64,000 nt of DNA, from contig JADYYK010000014.1 in NCBI GenBank assembly GCA_020853705.1, positions 77,751 to 141,750 of the forward strand, read 5' to 3'. Each line of letters begins with the position of its first letter. Within the stretch, counting starts at the first letter, position 1. The translations under genes were made by a program, and so were the position numbers. Shown here piece after piece: positions 19,231-28,000 of this stretch. The notes under the pieces are model-generated. The model was not told where the DNA came from, did no database searches, and was given only the letters and a program-made list of their open reading frames with translations. The DNA is from Deltaproteobacteria bacterium (GTDB lineage: Bacteria > Myxococcota_A > Polyangia > Haliangiales > JADYYK01).

Positions 19231-20157
19231 ATGGGGATTCGCCACGTCAGGAACTGCTGTCTCGTGCTGGCGGCCGTCGCCGCCGCTACCGCCGCCGGTT
19301 GCAAGGGGTTCAACGAGAACATCGCGATCCCCACCACCGCCGGCATCCTCGAGGGCTCCATCGCCCTCAACCAGGAGGCCGACCTCGATCTGATCCGGGC
19401 GGCCGCGCCGGCCTCGCTGAAGACGGTCGAGTCGTTCCTGATGGCGCGGCCCGATCAGCCCATCCTGCTGCGTCTGGTCGCGCAGGGCTACTGTGAGTAC
19501 GGCCAGGGCTTCCTGGAGGATGACCTCGAACAGGCCAATGATCGAGGCGACGAGGTCGCGGCCAAGAACCTGACCCGCCGCGCCACCAACGCCTACATCC
19601 GCTGCATGAACTACGGCATGCGCATGATCGGTGAGAAGAAGTGGCGCAAGGCCGTGGCCGGCGATCTGGCCGGCTTCGAGAAGGCCCTCAAGTCGACTGG
19701 CAGGGGCGACGTGCCCGGCCTCTTCTTCATGGGCCTCGGCCTGGCCTCGGCCATCAACATCAACCGCGACAACTACGAGCTGCTGACGCACCTGCCCAAG
19801 GTCGAGAGGGTGATGCTGCGCATCGTCAAGCTCAACGAGAAGTTCTTCAACGGTGGCGCGCACCTGGTGCTGGGCTCGCTGTACTCGTCGCAGGGCGCCG
19901 CGGTGGGCGGCAAGCCCGAGGAGGGCCTGAAGCACCTCCAGGCTGCCATCGCCATCGCGAAGGGCCGATTCCTGCTGCATAAAGTGATCTTGGCCCGCGT
20001 CTACGCCGTCACCAAGGGTGACCAGGCACTGTTCGAGAAGACCATCAAGGAGGTCCTACGCGCCAGGCCCGACATCTGGCCTGAGTACAGGCTCGCCAAC
20101 GAGATCGCGAAGCACAAGGCGCGGCGCTACTGGAAGACGCGGAAGGACCTGTTCTAA
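19231..20157 (+). CDS. tatT: TRAP-transporter-associated TPR lipoprotein, TatT family
   Basis: ATG 19231 gives MGIRHVRNCCLVLAAVAAATAAG/C. TatT-family C-terminal sequence FFNGGAHLVLGSLYSSQGAAVGGKPEEGLKHLQAAIAI...LLHKVILARVYAV...EYRLANEIAKHKARRYW. Sits directly upstream of dctPQM. Confidence 0.82.
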   Translation: MGIRHVRNCCLVLAAVAAATAAGCKGFNENIAIPTTAGILEGSIALNQEADLDLIRAAAPASLKTVESFLMARPDQPILLRLVAQGYCEYGQGFLEDDLEQANDRGDEVAAKNLTRRATNAYIRCMNYGMRMIGEKKWRKAVAGDLAGFEKALKSTGRGDVPGLFFMGLGLASAININRDNYELLTHLPKVERVMLRIVKLNEKFFNGGAHLVLGSLYSSQGAAVGGKPEEGLKHLQAAIAIAKGRFLLHKVILARVYAVTKGDQALFEKTIKEVLRARPDIWPEYRLANEIAKHKARRYWKTRKDLF

Positions 20158-20210
20158 CCCTGCCAGTGAACGAGGCCCGGCCTCGGTCAGCCCCGGTAAA
20201 GGAGACTTCG

Positions 20211-21236
20211 ATGCGCGTTTCGAGTTCGCTTCGTGTTGGTGTGGTGGCGGCGTCGCTCGGCCTGCTGGCGAGCGCGGCCTCGGCCGAGGATGTGACCATC
20301 AAGTTCGCGACCCTGGCGCCCGACGGCTCGTCATGGATGAAGCTGCTCAAGGGCGCGGCCAAGGATCTGGCGCTCAAGACGGCCGAGGTCACCAGTGGCA
20401 AGATGACCGTCAAGATCAAGTACTTCACCGGCGGCTCGGCCGGTGACGAGAAGGACGCCATCCGCAAGATCCGCGGCGGCCAGCTCGACGGCGCCGCGGT
20501 CACCGCGGTCGGCCTGGGCATGATCCAGCCCGAGGTGCGGGTGCAGGAGCTGCCCGGCGTGCTGACCGCCGGCAACAACAAGCAGCTCGACTGTGTGCGC
20601 AACAAGCTGGCGCCCGACTTCGAGAAGAAGTTCTACGAGAAGGGCTACGTCCTGCTGGGCTGGGGCGACGTCGGCCCGGTGCACATCTTCACCAACGTCG
20701 AGTTCAAGAGCCTGGCCGACCTCAAGAAGGGGAAGTTCTGGGCCTGGACCGACGACGACATCATCCGTGAGTTCATCAAGAAGATGAAGTTGAACGGCGA
20801 GCCGCTGGGCGTCCCCGGCGTGCTGCCCGCGCTGCAGACCGGCAAGATCGACTCGATCTACGCCTCGCCGCTCGCGACCGTGGCGCTGCAGTGGTACACC
20901 AAGGTCAAGTACATGTCGAAGGCGCCCATCGGCGTCGCCATCGGCGCCATGATCATCCGCAAGGAGTCCTTCGAGAAGCTGCCCCCGGAGGTCCAGACCG
21001 TGATGCGCGACAACGCCAAGGCCGTCGCGGTCAAGCTCAAGGACACCGTGCGCAAGGACAACGACAAGGCCATCAAGGCCATGGTCAAGGGCGGCATCAA
21101 GATGATCGACATCCCCGCCGACATCACCGCCGCCATCAAGACCGCGGGCGACGAGGTCTCCGGCGCGCTGGTGCCCAAGCTGTTCTCGAAGGAGCTGCTC
21201 GACAAGGTCAAGGCGACCGCCGCCGGCTGCAAGTAG
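20211..21236 (+). CDS. dctP: TRAP transporter substrate-binding protein (DctP family)
   Basis: AAAGGAG lies 7 nt before ATG 20211. Signal peptide MRVSSSLRVGVVAASLGLLASAASA/ED. DctP-like sequence IKFATLAPDGSSWMK... Confidence 0.85.
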   Translation: MRVSSSLRVGVVAASLGLLASAASAEDVTIKFATLAPDGSSWMKLLKGAAKDLALKTAEVTSGKMTVKIKYFTGGSAGDEKDAIRKIRGGQLDGAAVTAVGLGMIQPEVRVQELPGVLTAGNNKQLDCVRNKLAPDFEKKFYEKGYVLLGWGDVGPVHIFTNVEFKSLADLKKGKFWAWTDDDIIREFIKKMKLNGEPLGVPGVLPALQTGKIDSIYASPLATVALQWYTKVKYMSKAPIGVAIGAMIIRKESFEKLPPEVQTVMRDNAKAVAVKLKDTVRKDNDKAIKAMVKGGIKMIDIPADITAAIKTAGDEVSGALVPKLFSKELLDKVKATAAGCK

Positions 21237-21303
21237 CGCTTCAAGCTCACCACACCACGGCCACGGCCCCGCCCGGGGCCAGAGGGGCGAAGGGCAAGAC
21301 GCG

Positions 21304-21975
21304 ATGGCCACAACCGACTCGAAGTCGGCAGCACAGTCGTCCCCCCAGCAAAAGCCCGGCCCCATCGAGCCACTCGAGCGCGTCGACAAGCTGATCGGCC
21401 AGGGCGAAGGCGTGGTCCTGGTCAGCGCGCTGGCCTTCCTCGTCGTGCTGGGCTTTTACCGCAGCCTGTTCGAGTCGACCAAGAAGTGGTTCGGCCACCC
21501 GGTCCTGATGGAGCCGCCGGAGTGGACCACACCCACCATCCTGCTGCTGGTCTTCATGGTCGGCATGCTCGGCCTGGCGCTGGCGGCACAGGCCGACAAG
21601 CTCATCAACATCGACCTGTTCTCGCGCGTGCTCGGCGCCCGGGCCAAGCTGGTCATCCGCATCATCGGCAACAGCTTCGGCTGCATCATCAGCTACTTCT
21701 TCATCCGCACTGCCCTGCACCTGCGCAGCGTCCTCGACGACACCTCGACCGCGCGCAAGCTGCTCTCGGACAAGACCACGCAGCTGGTCATCCCGCTGAC
21801 CGTCGGCCTCGTCATCCTGCACCTGGTGGTCAAGATCGTGATCGACGTGGTCTGGCTGGCCAGCGGCAAGACCCCGCCCGAGAGCGCCCCCGGGGGCGCC
21901 CACGGCGGCGCCGCCAAGCCCGAAGCGCCCGCGGCTGACGCCGCCGCCGACGACAAGGGCGGAGGTGCGGCATGA
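21304..21975 (+). CDS. dctQ: TRAP transporter small permease (DctQ-like)
   Basis: 223 aa with four hydrophobic helices. ATGA overlap with dctM. Positioned between dctP and dctM. A weak GC hairpin (21265-21280) precedes it. Confidence 0.75.
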   Translation: MATTDSKSAAQSSPQQKPGPIEPLERVDKLIGQGEGVVLVSALAFLVVLGFYRSLFESTKKWFGHPVLMEPPEWTTPTILLLVFMVGMLGLALAAQADKLINIDLFSRVLGARAKLVIRIIGNSFGCIISYFFIRTALHLRSVLDDTSTARKLLSDKTTQLVIPLTVGLVILHLVVKIVIDVVWLASGKTPPESAPGGAHGGAAKPEAPAADAAADDKGGGAA

Positions 21976-23906
21976 ACACAGCCCTCATCCTCGTCATGAT
22001 CGCGCTGGCGCTGTTCGGCGCCCCGCTGTTCGCGGTCATGCTCGGCTTCGCGATGCTGGGGGCCTCCACCGTGGGGTCGTTCCTGAACCCGGTCGGCTCG
22101 CCCATCACGCACATGTTCTATGGCGCCATGGTCAAGATCTGGACCCTGGCCTCGGCGGAGGAGTCGATCACGCTGTCGACCATCCCGCTGTTCACGGTGG
22201 CCGGCTATGTCATGGCCGAGGCCAAGACCGCCAACCGACTGGTGCGCGTGGCCGAGGGCTTCTTCGGCTGGGTGCCGGGCGGTCTGGCCATCGTCGCGGT
22301 CATCGCCTGCGCCTTCTTCACCACCTTCACCGGCGCCTCGGGCGTCACCATCGTGGCCATCGGCGGCCTCATCTTCCCGTCGCTCATCAAGGGCAAGTAC
22401 CCGGAGCGCTTCTCGCTCGGCCTGATGACCGGGTCGGGGTCGATCGGCCTCCTGTTCCCGCCCAGCCTGCCGCTGATCGTCTACGGCATGGTCTACGGCA
22501 TGACCGCGGGCCAGCTGGCGCGCGACGAGTCGGGCGGCGGCGCCGCGCTGCCGAACTTCGACATCGGCCGCTTCCTGGTCGCCGGGATCCTGCCCGGCAT
22601 CGTGCTGGTCGCCATCGTCGGCCTGTACGCCAGCTTCATCGGCGTCAAGCACAAGGTCCCGCGCACGGCCTTCAAGGGCAAGGACGCCCTGAAGGCGCTG
22701 TGGGAGGCCAAGTGGGAGCTGCCCATCCCGTTCTTCCTCATCTACGTGGTCGCCACCATGACCATGCAGATCCCCGACGCTGCCGCCTTCACCGTGGTCT
22801 ACGTCATCATCGTCGAGTGTCTGGTCTACCGCGATGTGCCGCTGCGCAAGCTGTTCCCGGTGGCGCGCGAGGCGCTGACCCTGGTCGGCGCCATCTTCGG
22901 CATCATCGTGGCGTCGACGGCGCTGACCGACTACTTCGTGTTCGCCGAGATCCCGCAGAAGCTGAACGCCCTGCTGGCGGCCAACGTGAGCTCACGCTGG
23001 ACCTTCCTGCTGGCCTTGAACGGCCTCCTGCTCATCGTCGGCAGCCTGATGGACATCTTCTCGGCCATCCTGGTGGTGGTGCCGCTGATGGTGCTGCCGG
23101 CGGCGCACTACGGCATCGACCCCTACCACCTCGGCGTCATCTTCCTGCTCAACCTGGAGATCGGCTACCTGACGCCGCCGGTCGGCCTCAACCTGTTCAT
23201 CACCGCCTTCCGCTTCAACCGGCCGGTGCTCGACGTCTACAAGGCCGCGGTGCCGTTCATCGTGCTGATGATCGCGGCCCTGATGATCGTGACCTATGTC
23301 CCGGCGCTGACCATGTACAGCCTCAAGCTGGGGCCCAAGGCGCGGCCCTCGATCAGCAACGTCGACTCGACGCCGGTGCAGGGTGCCGATGGCGACGGCG
23401 GCGTACCCAAGGGCTGGGACAGCCAGGGCGCCCCGACCGAGATGGGCGTCTGCGCCGCCTCGCCGGTGCTGGCCGACGATCGGCTGACCTGCGAGAACAC
23501 GGTCAAGGATCGCGCGAAGTGCACCGCGATGGCCGACGCCGAGGAGCAGAAGGACTGCCTCACCGACCTGGCCAAGGAGTTCGGCAGCGACACCGACTTC
23601 CGCTACTACCCGTTCCCGGGCAACAAGGGCGGCTGCGCGGCGATGGAGGGCCAGGCCCGCCTCGACTGCGAGAACTATGTCGACGAGGCCGACAAGTGCA
23701 ACGCCATCGCCGACCCCGACGACAAGGCGACCTGCCTGGAGGCTCCGCAGAAGGAGTACCTGGAGAGCCTCGGGCTCGCCGAGGCCGCCGAGGACGATGG
23801 CAGCGGCAGCCCCGACGGGAGCGACGAGACCGGTGACGAGACCGGTGGCGCTGACAGCGCCGACGGCGGCACCAGCGCCGCGGCCGCCGCCGATGGCGGT
23901 CCTTGA
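21972..23906 (+). CDS. dctM: TRAP transporter large permease (DctM) with a roughly 200-aa Cys-rich/acidic C-terminal extension
   Basis: 644 aa. DctM core runs to about residue 440 (LFTVAGYVMAE..., FTGASGVTIVAIGGLIFP, GSIGLLFPPSLPLIVYG). A non-membrane tail follows, with two 4-Cys modules and an acidic Gly/Asp/Ser end. Confidence 0.88.
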   Translation: MNTALILVMIALALFGAPLFAVMLGFAMLGASTVGSFLNPVGSPITHMFYGAMVKIWTLASAEESITLSTIPLFTVAGYVMAEAKTANRLVRVAEGFFGWVPGGLAIVAVIACAFFTTFTGASGVTIVAIGGLIFPSLIKGKYPERFSLGLMTGSGSIGLLFPPSLPLIVYGMVYGMTAGQLARDESGGGAALPNFDIGRFLVAGILPGIVLVAIVGLYASFIGVKHKVPRTAFKGKDALKALWEAKWELPIPFFLIYVVATMTMQIPDAAAFTVVYVIIVECLVYRDVPLRKLFPVAREALTLVGAIFGIIVASTALTDYFVFAEIPQKLNALLAANVSSRWTFLLALNGLLLIVGSLMDIFSAILVVVPLMVLPAAHYGIDPYHLGVIFLLNLEIGYLTPPVGLNLFITAFRFNRPVLDVYKAAVPFIVLMIAALMIVTYVPALTMYSLKLGPKARPSISNVDSTPVQGADGDGGVPKGWDSQGAPTEMGVCAASPVLADDRLTCENTVKDRAKCTAMADAEEQKDCLTDLAKEFGSDTDFRYYPFPGNKGGCAAMEGQARLDCENYVDEADKCNAIADPDDKATCLEAPQKEYLESLGLAEAAEDDGSGSPDGSDETGDETGGADSADGGTSAAAAADGGP

Positions 23907-23988
23907 CCGCTCGCTGAGCCCGCAGCGCCGCGCCCTGTCCCGGTTTTTGCCCTGAATCCTGCCGCGTTTCGGGCATACTCGCCCGGCC

Positions 23989-24924
23989 TTGCTGGTCCCC
24001 ATCCTCAAGACGCTGCGCCCGCACCAGTGGGTCAAGAACCTGTTCGTGGCCCTGCCCTTGGTGTTCGCCAAGCGCCTCCTGGACCAGTCGTCGGCGCTGC
24101 GCGCGGCGGCGGCGGTCGGGCTGTTCTGTGCGCTGTCGGGCGCGGTGTACCTGCTCAACGACGTCGCCGACATCGAGAAGGACCGCGCCCACGCCAAGAA
24201 GAAGCACCGCCCCATCGCCTCGGGGCGGCTGCCGGTCGGGGTCGCGCTGGCGCTCGCGGGCACGCTGGCGCTGGGCGCGCTGGTGGGGGCCTCTGCGCTG
24301 GACTGGCGCTTCGCGGCGGTGGCCGGCGGCTATGTCGCCAACAACCTCTTGTACTCGTTCTGGCTCAAGCACGTGGCCTTCGTCGACGTGCTGTCGATCG
24401 CGACCGGCTTCTTCCTGCGTGTGCTGGGCGGCGCCTTCGCCATCGACGTGCCGTCGTCAGGGTGGCTCCTGGCGGTGACCTCGCTGATGGCGGCCTTCCT
24501 GGCCTTCGGCAAGCGCACCCACGAGCTGGCTGCCGCCGCGCGCGAGGTCCTGGCCAGCCCGGCCTACAGCGGCCCGGAGGCGGTGACGACCAACTCGCAG
24601 ATCGGCAAGACCCGGCGTGTACTGGAGAAGTACAAGCTCGAGCAGCTGCGCCTGGTGGTCTACGTCTTCGGCGCGCTGACCTCGGCGGCCTACGTGGCGT
24701 ACACCCTGTCGGGCCACACCCAGCGCTTCTTCCACACCCGCTGGATGTGGCTGTCGGCGCCGTTCTGTCTGGTCGGCATCGGCCGCTTCGTCTGGCTGGT
24801 CAGCCACGCCGCGCACGCCGACAGCCCGACCGACGCCATGCTGCGCGACCCGCCCTTCGTCATCAACCTGGTGCTGTGGGCGGCCTGCATCACCGCGCTG
24901 ATCTACCAGGGCATGCTGGGCTAG
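23989..24924 (+). CDS. UbiA-family prenyltransferase, decaprenyl-phosphate phosphoribosyltransferase-like
   Basis: 311 aa with a TTG start. N-terminus LKTLRPHQWVKNLFV. Asp-rich motif YLLNDVADIEKDRAHAKKKHRPIASG. Multiple TM helices. Confidence 0.8.
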   Translation: MLVPILKTLRPHQWVKNLFVALPLVFAKRLLDQSSALRAAAAVGLFCALSGAVYLLNDVADIEKDRAHAKKKHRPIASGRLPVGVALALAGTLALGALVGASALDWRFAAVAGGYVANNLLYSFWLKHVAFVDVLSIATGFFLRVLGGAFAIDVPSSGWLLAVTSLMAAFLAFGKRTHELAAAAREVLASPAYSGPEAVTTNSQIGKTRRVLEKYKLEQLRLVVYVFGALTSAAYVAYTLSGHTQRFFHTRWMWLSAPFCLVGIGRFVWLVSHAAHADSPTDAMLRDPPFVINLVLWAACITALIYQGMLG

Positions 24925-24935
24925 TGCCGGGCGTC

Positions 24936-24966
24936 AGAAATTCCGCCGTGAAAGGGCGGGACTTCT
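24936..24966 (+). terminator. Imperfect hairpin 12 nt after the UbiA stop (possible terminator or attenuator)
   Basis: AGAAATTCCGCC-gtgaaag-GGCGGGACTTCT: 12-bp arms with one mismatch and one G-U pair, followed by a moderately T-rich tract (ccggttccggttctt). No clear U-run. Confidence 0.3.
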
Positions 24967-25029
24967 GGCAGCGGCACTATCCGGTTCCGGTTCTTGGGCC
25001 CGAAATCACACGCGTGATACGCTGCCGGC

Positions 25030-28000
25030 GTGCGCCCGAATAGCGGCCTGGCGGGCCAGCGCGTCCTGGTCATCGACTCCGACCTCGCGCACGCGACGAC
25101 CACGGTGGAGATCCTGCGCGGCCACGGCGCCAACGCCGACTGGGTCGCCGATGTGACCGCCGGGCTGCGCGCGCTGGCCTCGCGCGAGCCGGCGGTGCTG
25201 CTGCTGGCGCTGGCGCTGGCCAGCCCCGCCGTCCCGGGGGCGCCGCCGCAGGGTGACGGCGGGCTGTGGCTGCTGCGCCGCCTGCGTGACGACTACATGG
25301 GGCGGCGACCGCACGTCATCGTGACCGAGCGCGCCGACCGCGTCGATGCCCGGCTGGCTGACTTCGGGGTCGACGCCGTGATGCTCAAGCCGGCCAGCGC
25401 CGAGACCCTGCTGGCCGCGGTGCTGCGCGCGGTCGATCCCGAGGACGCCACCCACGGCCAGGGCTGGTACCGCGAGCTCATCAAGGCCTCGGTGCTCGAG
25501 GGCGACACCCAGTTCGCGCTGACCAGCCTGGCCAAGCGGCTACAGCTGGCGGCGCGCGTGCACGACTGCATCATCACGGCCACCGTCAGCGAGCGCGACT
25601 ATGCCGCCAGCGCGGGCGGCACCGCGCACGAGGAGTTCGACTCGCCGGTGTGGGAGAGCGCCCGGGTCTCGCTCGACGCCGCCGCCACCGTGCTGGCGCA
25701 GGACCCGACCACCACCAGCTCGCTGGCGGTGGCCATCGAGCAGCCCGGCGGCACCCGCCTCGGGGTCATGGTGCTGCACGACGACCGGGCGCGGACCTGG
25801 GCGCCCGACGTGCGCGAGTCCCTGGTGGCGCTGGGGCAGCGGGTCTACTCGGAGCTGGCCTGGCGCTCGGTGCAGGAGCGCATCACCGCGGACAACGCCC
25901 GCCTGTACGAGATCTCGATGCTGGATCCGATGCTGCCCGGGGTGTGGACGCGGGCGGCGCTGGATCAGGCGCTGGCGGCCGAGGTGGCGGCGCGGCAGCG
26001 CAGCGGCGACCCGGTCACGGTGGCCATCCTCGACCTGCGCCGCCTGCGCGCCATCAACGATCGCCACGGCCACGCCGCCGGTGACGCCGCCATGAAGCAC
26101 GTCGCGCACCTGGTGCGGCAGCAGCTGCGCCCGCACGATCTGCTGGCGCGCTACTCGGGCGACGCGCTGGCGGTGGTGCTGGTGCGCGCCGCGCTGACCG
26201 ACGCCCGCCGCGTGGTCGAGCGCCTGCGCGAGGCGGTGGCGCAGACCCCGCTGGAGTGGGAGGGCCGCGGCCTCGGCCTCGAGATCGTCGGCGGCCTGGC
26301 CTGCTCGCTGAGCGACGATGACACCGCCGAGGTCACGCTGGCGCGCGCCTCGCTGGCGGCCAAGGCGGCCAAGCGCAAGAGCGACGGCGTCGTGGTCGCC
26401 GACGCCCAGCTCAGCGAGCTCGACGCGCCCGACACCCAGCGCGGGCTCGAGGCCGGCGCCATCCTGGGCGGCATGTACAAGATCATCCACGAGATCGATC
26501 GCGGCGCCATGGGCGTGGTCTACCGCGCCGAGGACATGGGCCTCGGGCGCGCGGTGGCGCTCAAGACCTTGCGCCCCGACCTGGCGCGCGATCTCAGCTT
26601 CGTGGCGCGCTTCCGCGGCGAGGCCACCACGCTGGCCGCGCTGCGCCACGAGAACCTGGTCCAGGTGCACTCGTTCGGCAGCGACGGCGACGACGTCTAC
26701 TTCGTGATGGAGCTGGTCGAGGGCGAACCGCTGGAGGAGCGGCTGGCGCGCGCCGAGCAGGACGGGCCGGCCATCCCGCTGCCCGAGGCGGTGGTCGTGC
26801 TGGAGCAGATCGCGGGCGCGCTCGACACCATGCACCACGCCGGCATCCTGCACCGCGACGTCAAGCCGGCCAACATCGTGCTCGATCGCGCCAAGAACCG
26901 CGCCGTCCTGGTCGACGTCGGGATCGCCAAGCGGCGCGGCGGCCCCACCGACGCCGCGGGCACGCCGGGCTTCATCGCGCCCGAGAGCTTCCAGGGCGGC
27001 GCCGAGGGGCCTACCGCCGATGTCTATGGCCTGGCCGCCACCGCGTACATGGTGCTGGCCATGGTGCCGCCCTTCGGCGACGGCGACATCACCCAGATCC
27101 TGCGCCGTCAGGAGGCCAAGGCCTCGCTGCCGCCGTCGGCGCACCGTCCCGGGCTGCCGCATGCGGTCGACAAGGTGCTCTTGCAGTCGCTGGATCCCGA
27201 CGCCAGCAAGCGCCACCCCTCGGCGGGCGCGCTGGTGACGGCGCTGGCCGAGGCGCTGCTCGGCGCGGCCCCCGACGTGCAGCGCGGCGACGACTTCCAG
27301 CCGCGGCGCAGGCCGGTGGCGGGCGCCGCGCCCGAGACCACGCAGCTGCGCGGCGCCGCCGCGGTCACCCGCGCGCAGAGCCCCGAGGGGGTGGCCGCGG
27401 TGGAGGCGCTGGGCCCCCCCGCGGTGCCCGGGCCGGCGCTCGATGGTCACGGCGCCGGGCGCGCCAGCGGCAGCGCCAGCAACGCCGACGCCGACGCCGG
27501 GCCGCTGACCGCGGTCAAGGAGCAGGAGGTCCACAAGGGTCGCCCGGTCGAGCCGCGCGCGGTGATCGCTCCGCCGGCGCTGGATCGGCCGGACTTCTCG
27601 GCCGACAGCGGCGTCGTCAACCTGGCCCTGCGGGATCCCCACGCCACCGATCCCAGCCGACCGGCCGCGCGGGCCGGCCGCATGCCCGAGCCGACGCCAT
27701 ATCCCGAGCGCGGCGCGCGCCTGCCCGAGCCGACCCCGTATCCCGAGCGCGGCGCGCGCCTGCCCGAGCCGACGCCGCAGCCCTTCCTGGGCGCGCCGAC
27801 CTCGTCGGGCTCGTCGGGCTCGTTCCCCGGCCTGGGCGCGCCGCAAGCCACCCTGCCCCCGTCCAACCAGGCCATGCGCGCGGCGCTGCGCCAGACCCCG
27901 GGCCGGCCCAGCCGCCGGGTGTCGACGCTGCCGCCGGGCATGGGCCTGGAGGCGCCGGCGCAGACGCGCGGCGTGCTGTTCCGCGCCGCGCCGGGGCTGC

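Noticed and set aside
25008-25015. The 8-bp palindrome CACGCGTG and an adjacent TTCTTG-N18-TGATAC promoter-like pattern just upstream of the kinase GTG.
   Set aside because: The palindrome is too short to distinguish from chance in GC-rich DNA. The hexamers match the consensus poorly and would leave an almost leaderless GTG start. I mention it only as the possible 5' boundary of the operon.
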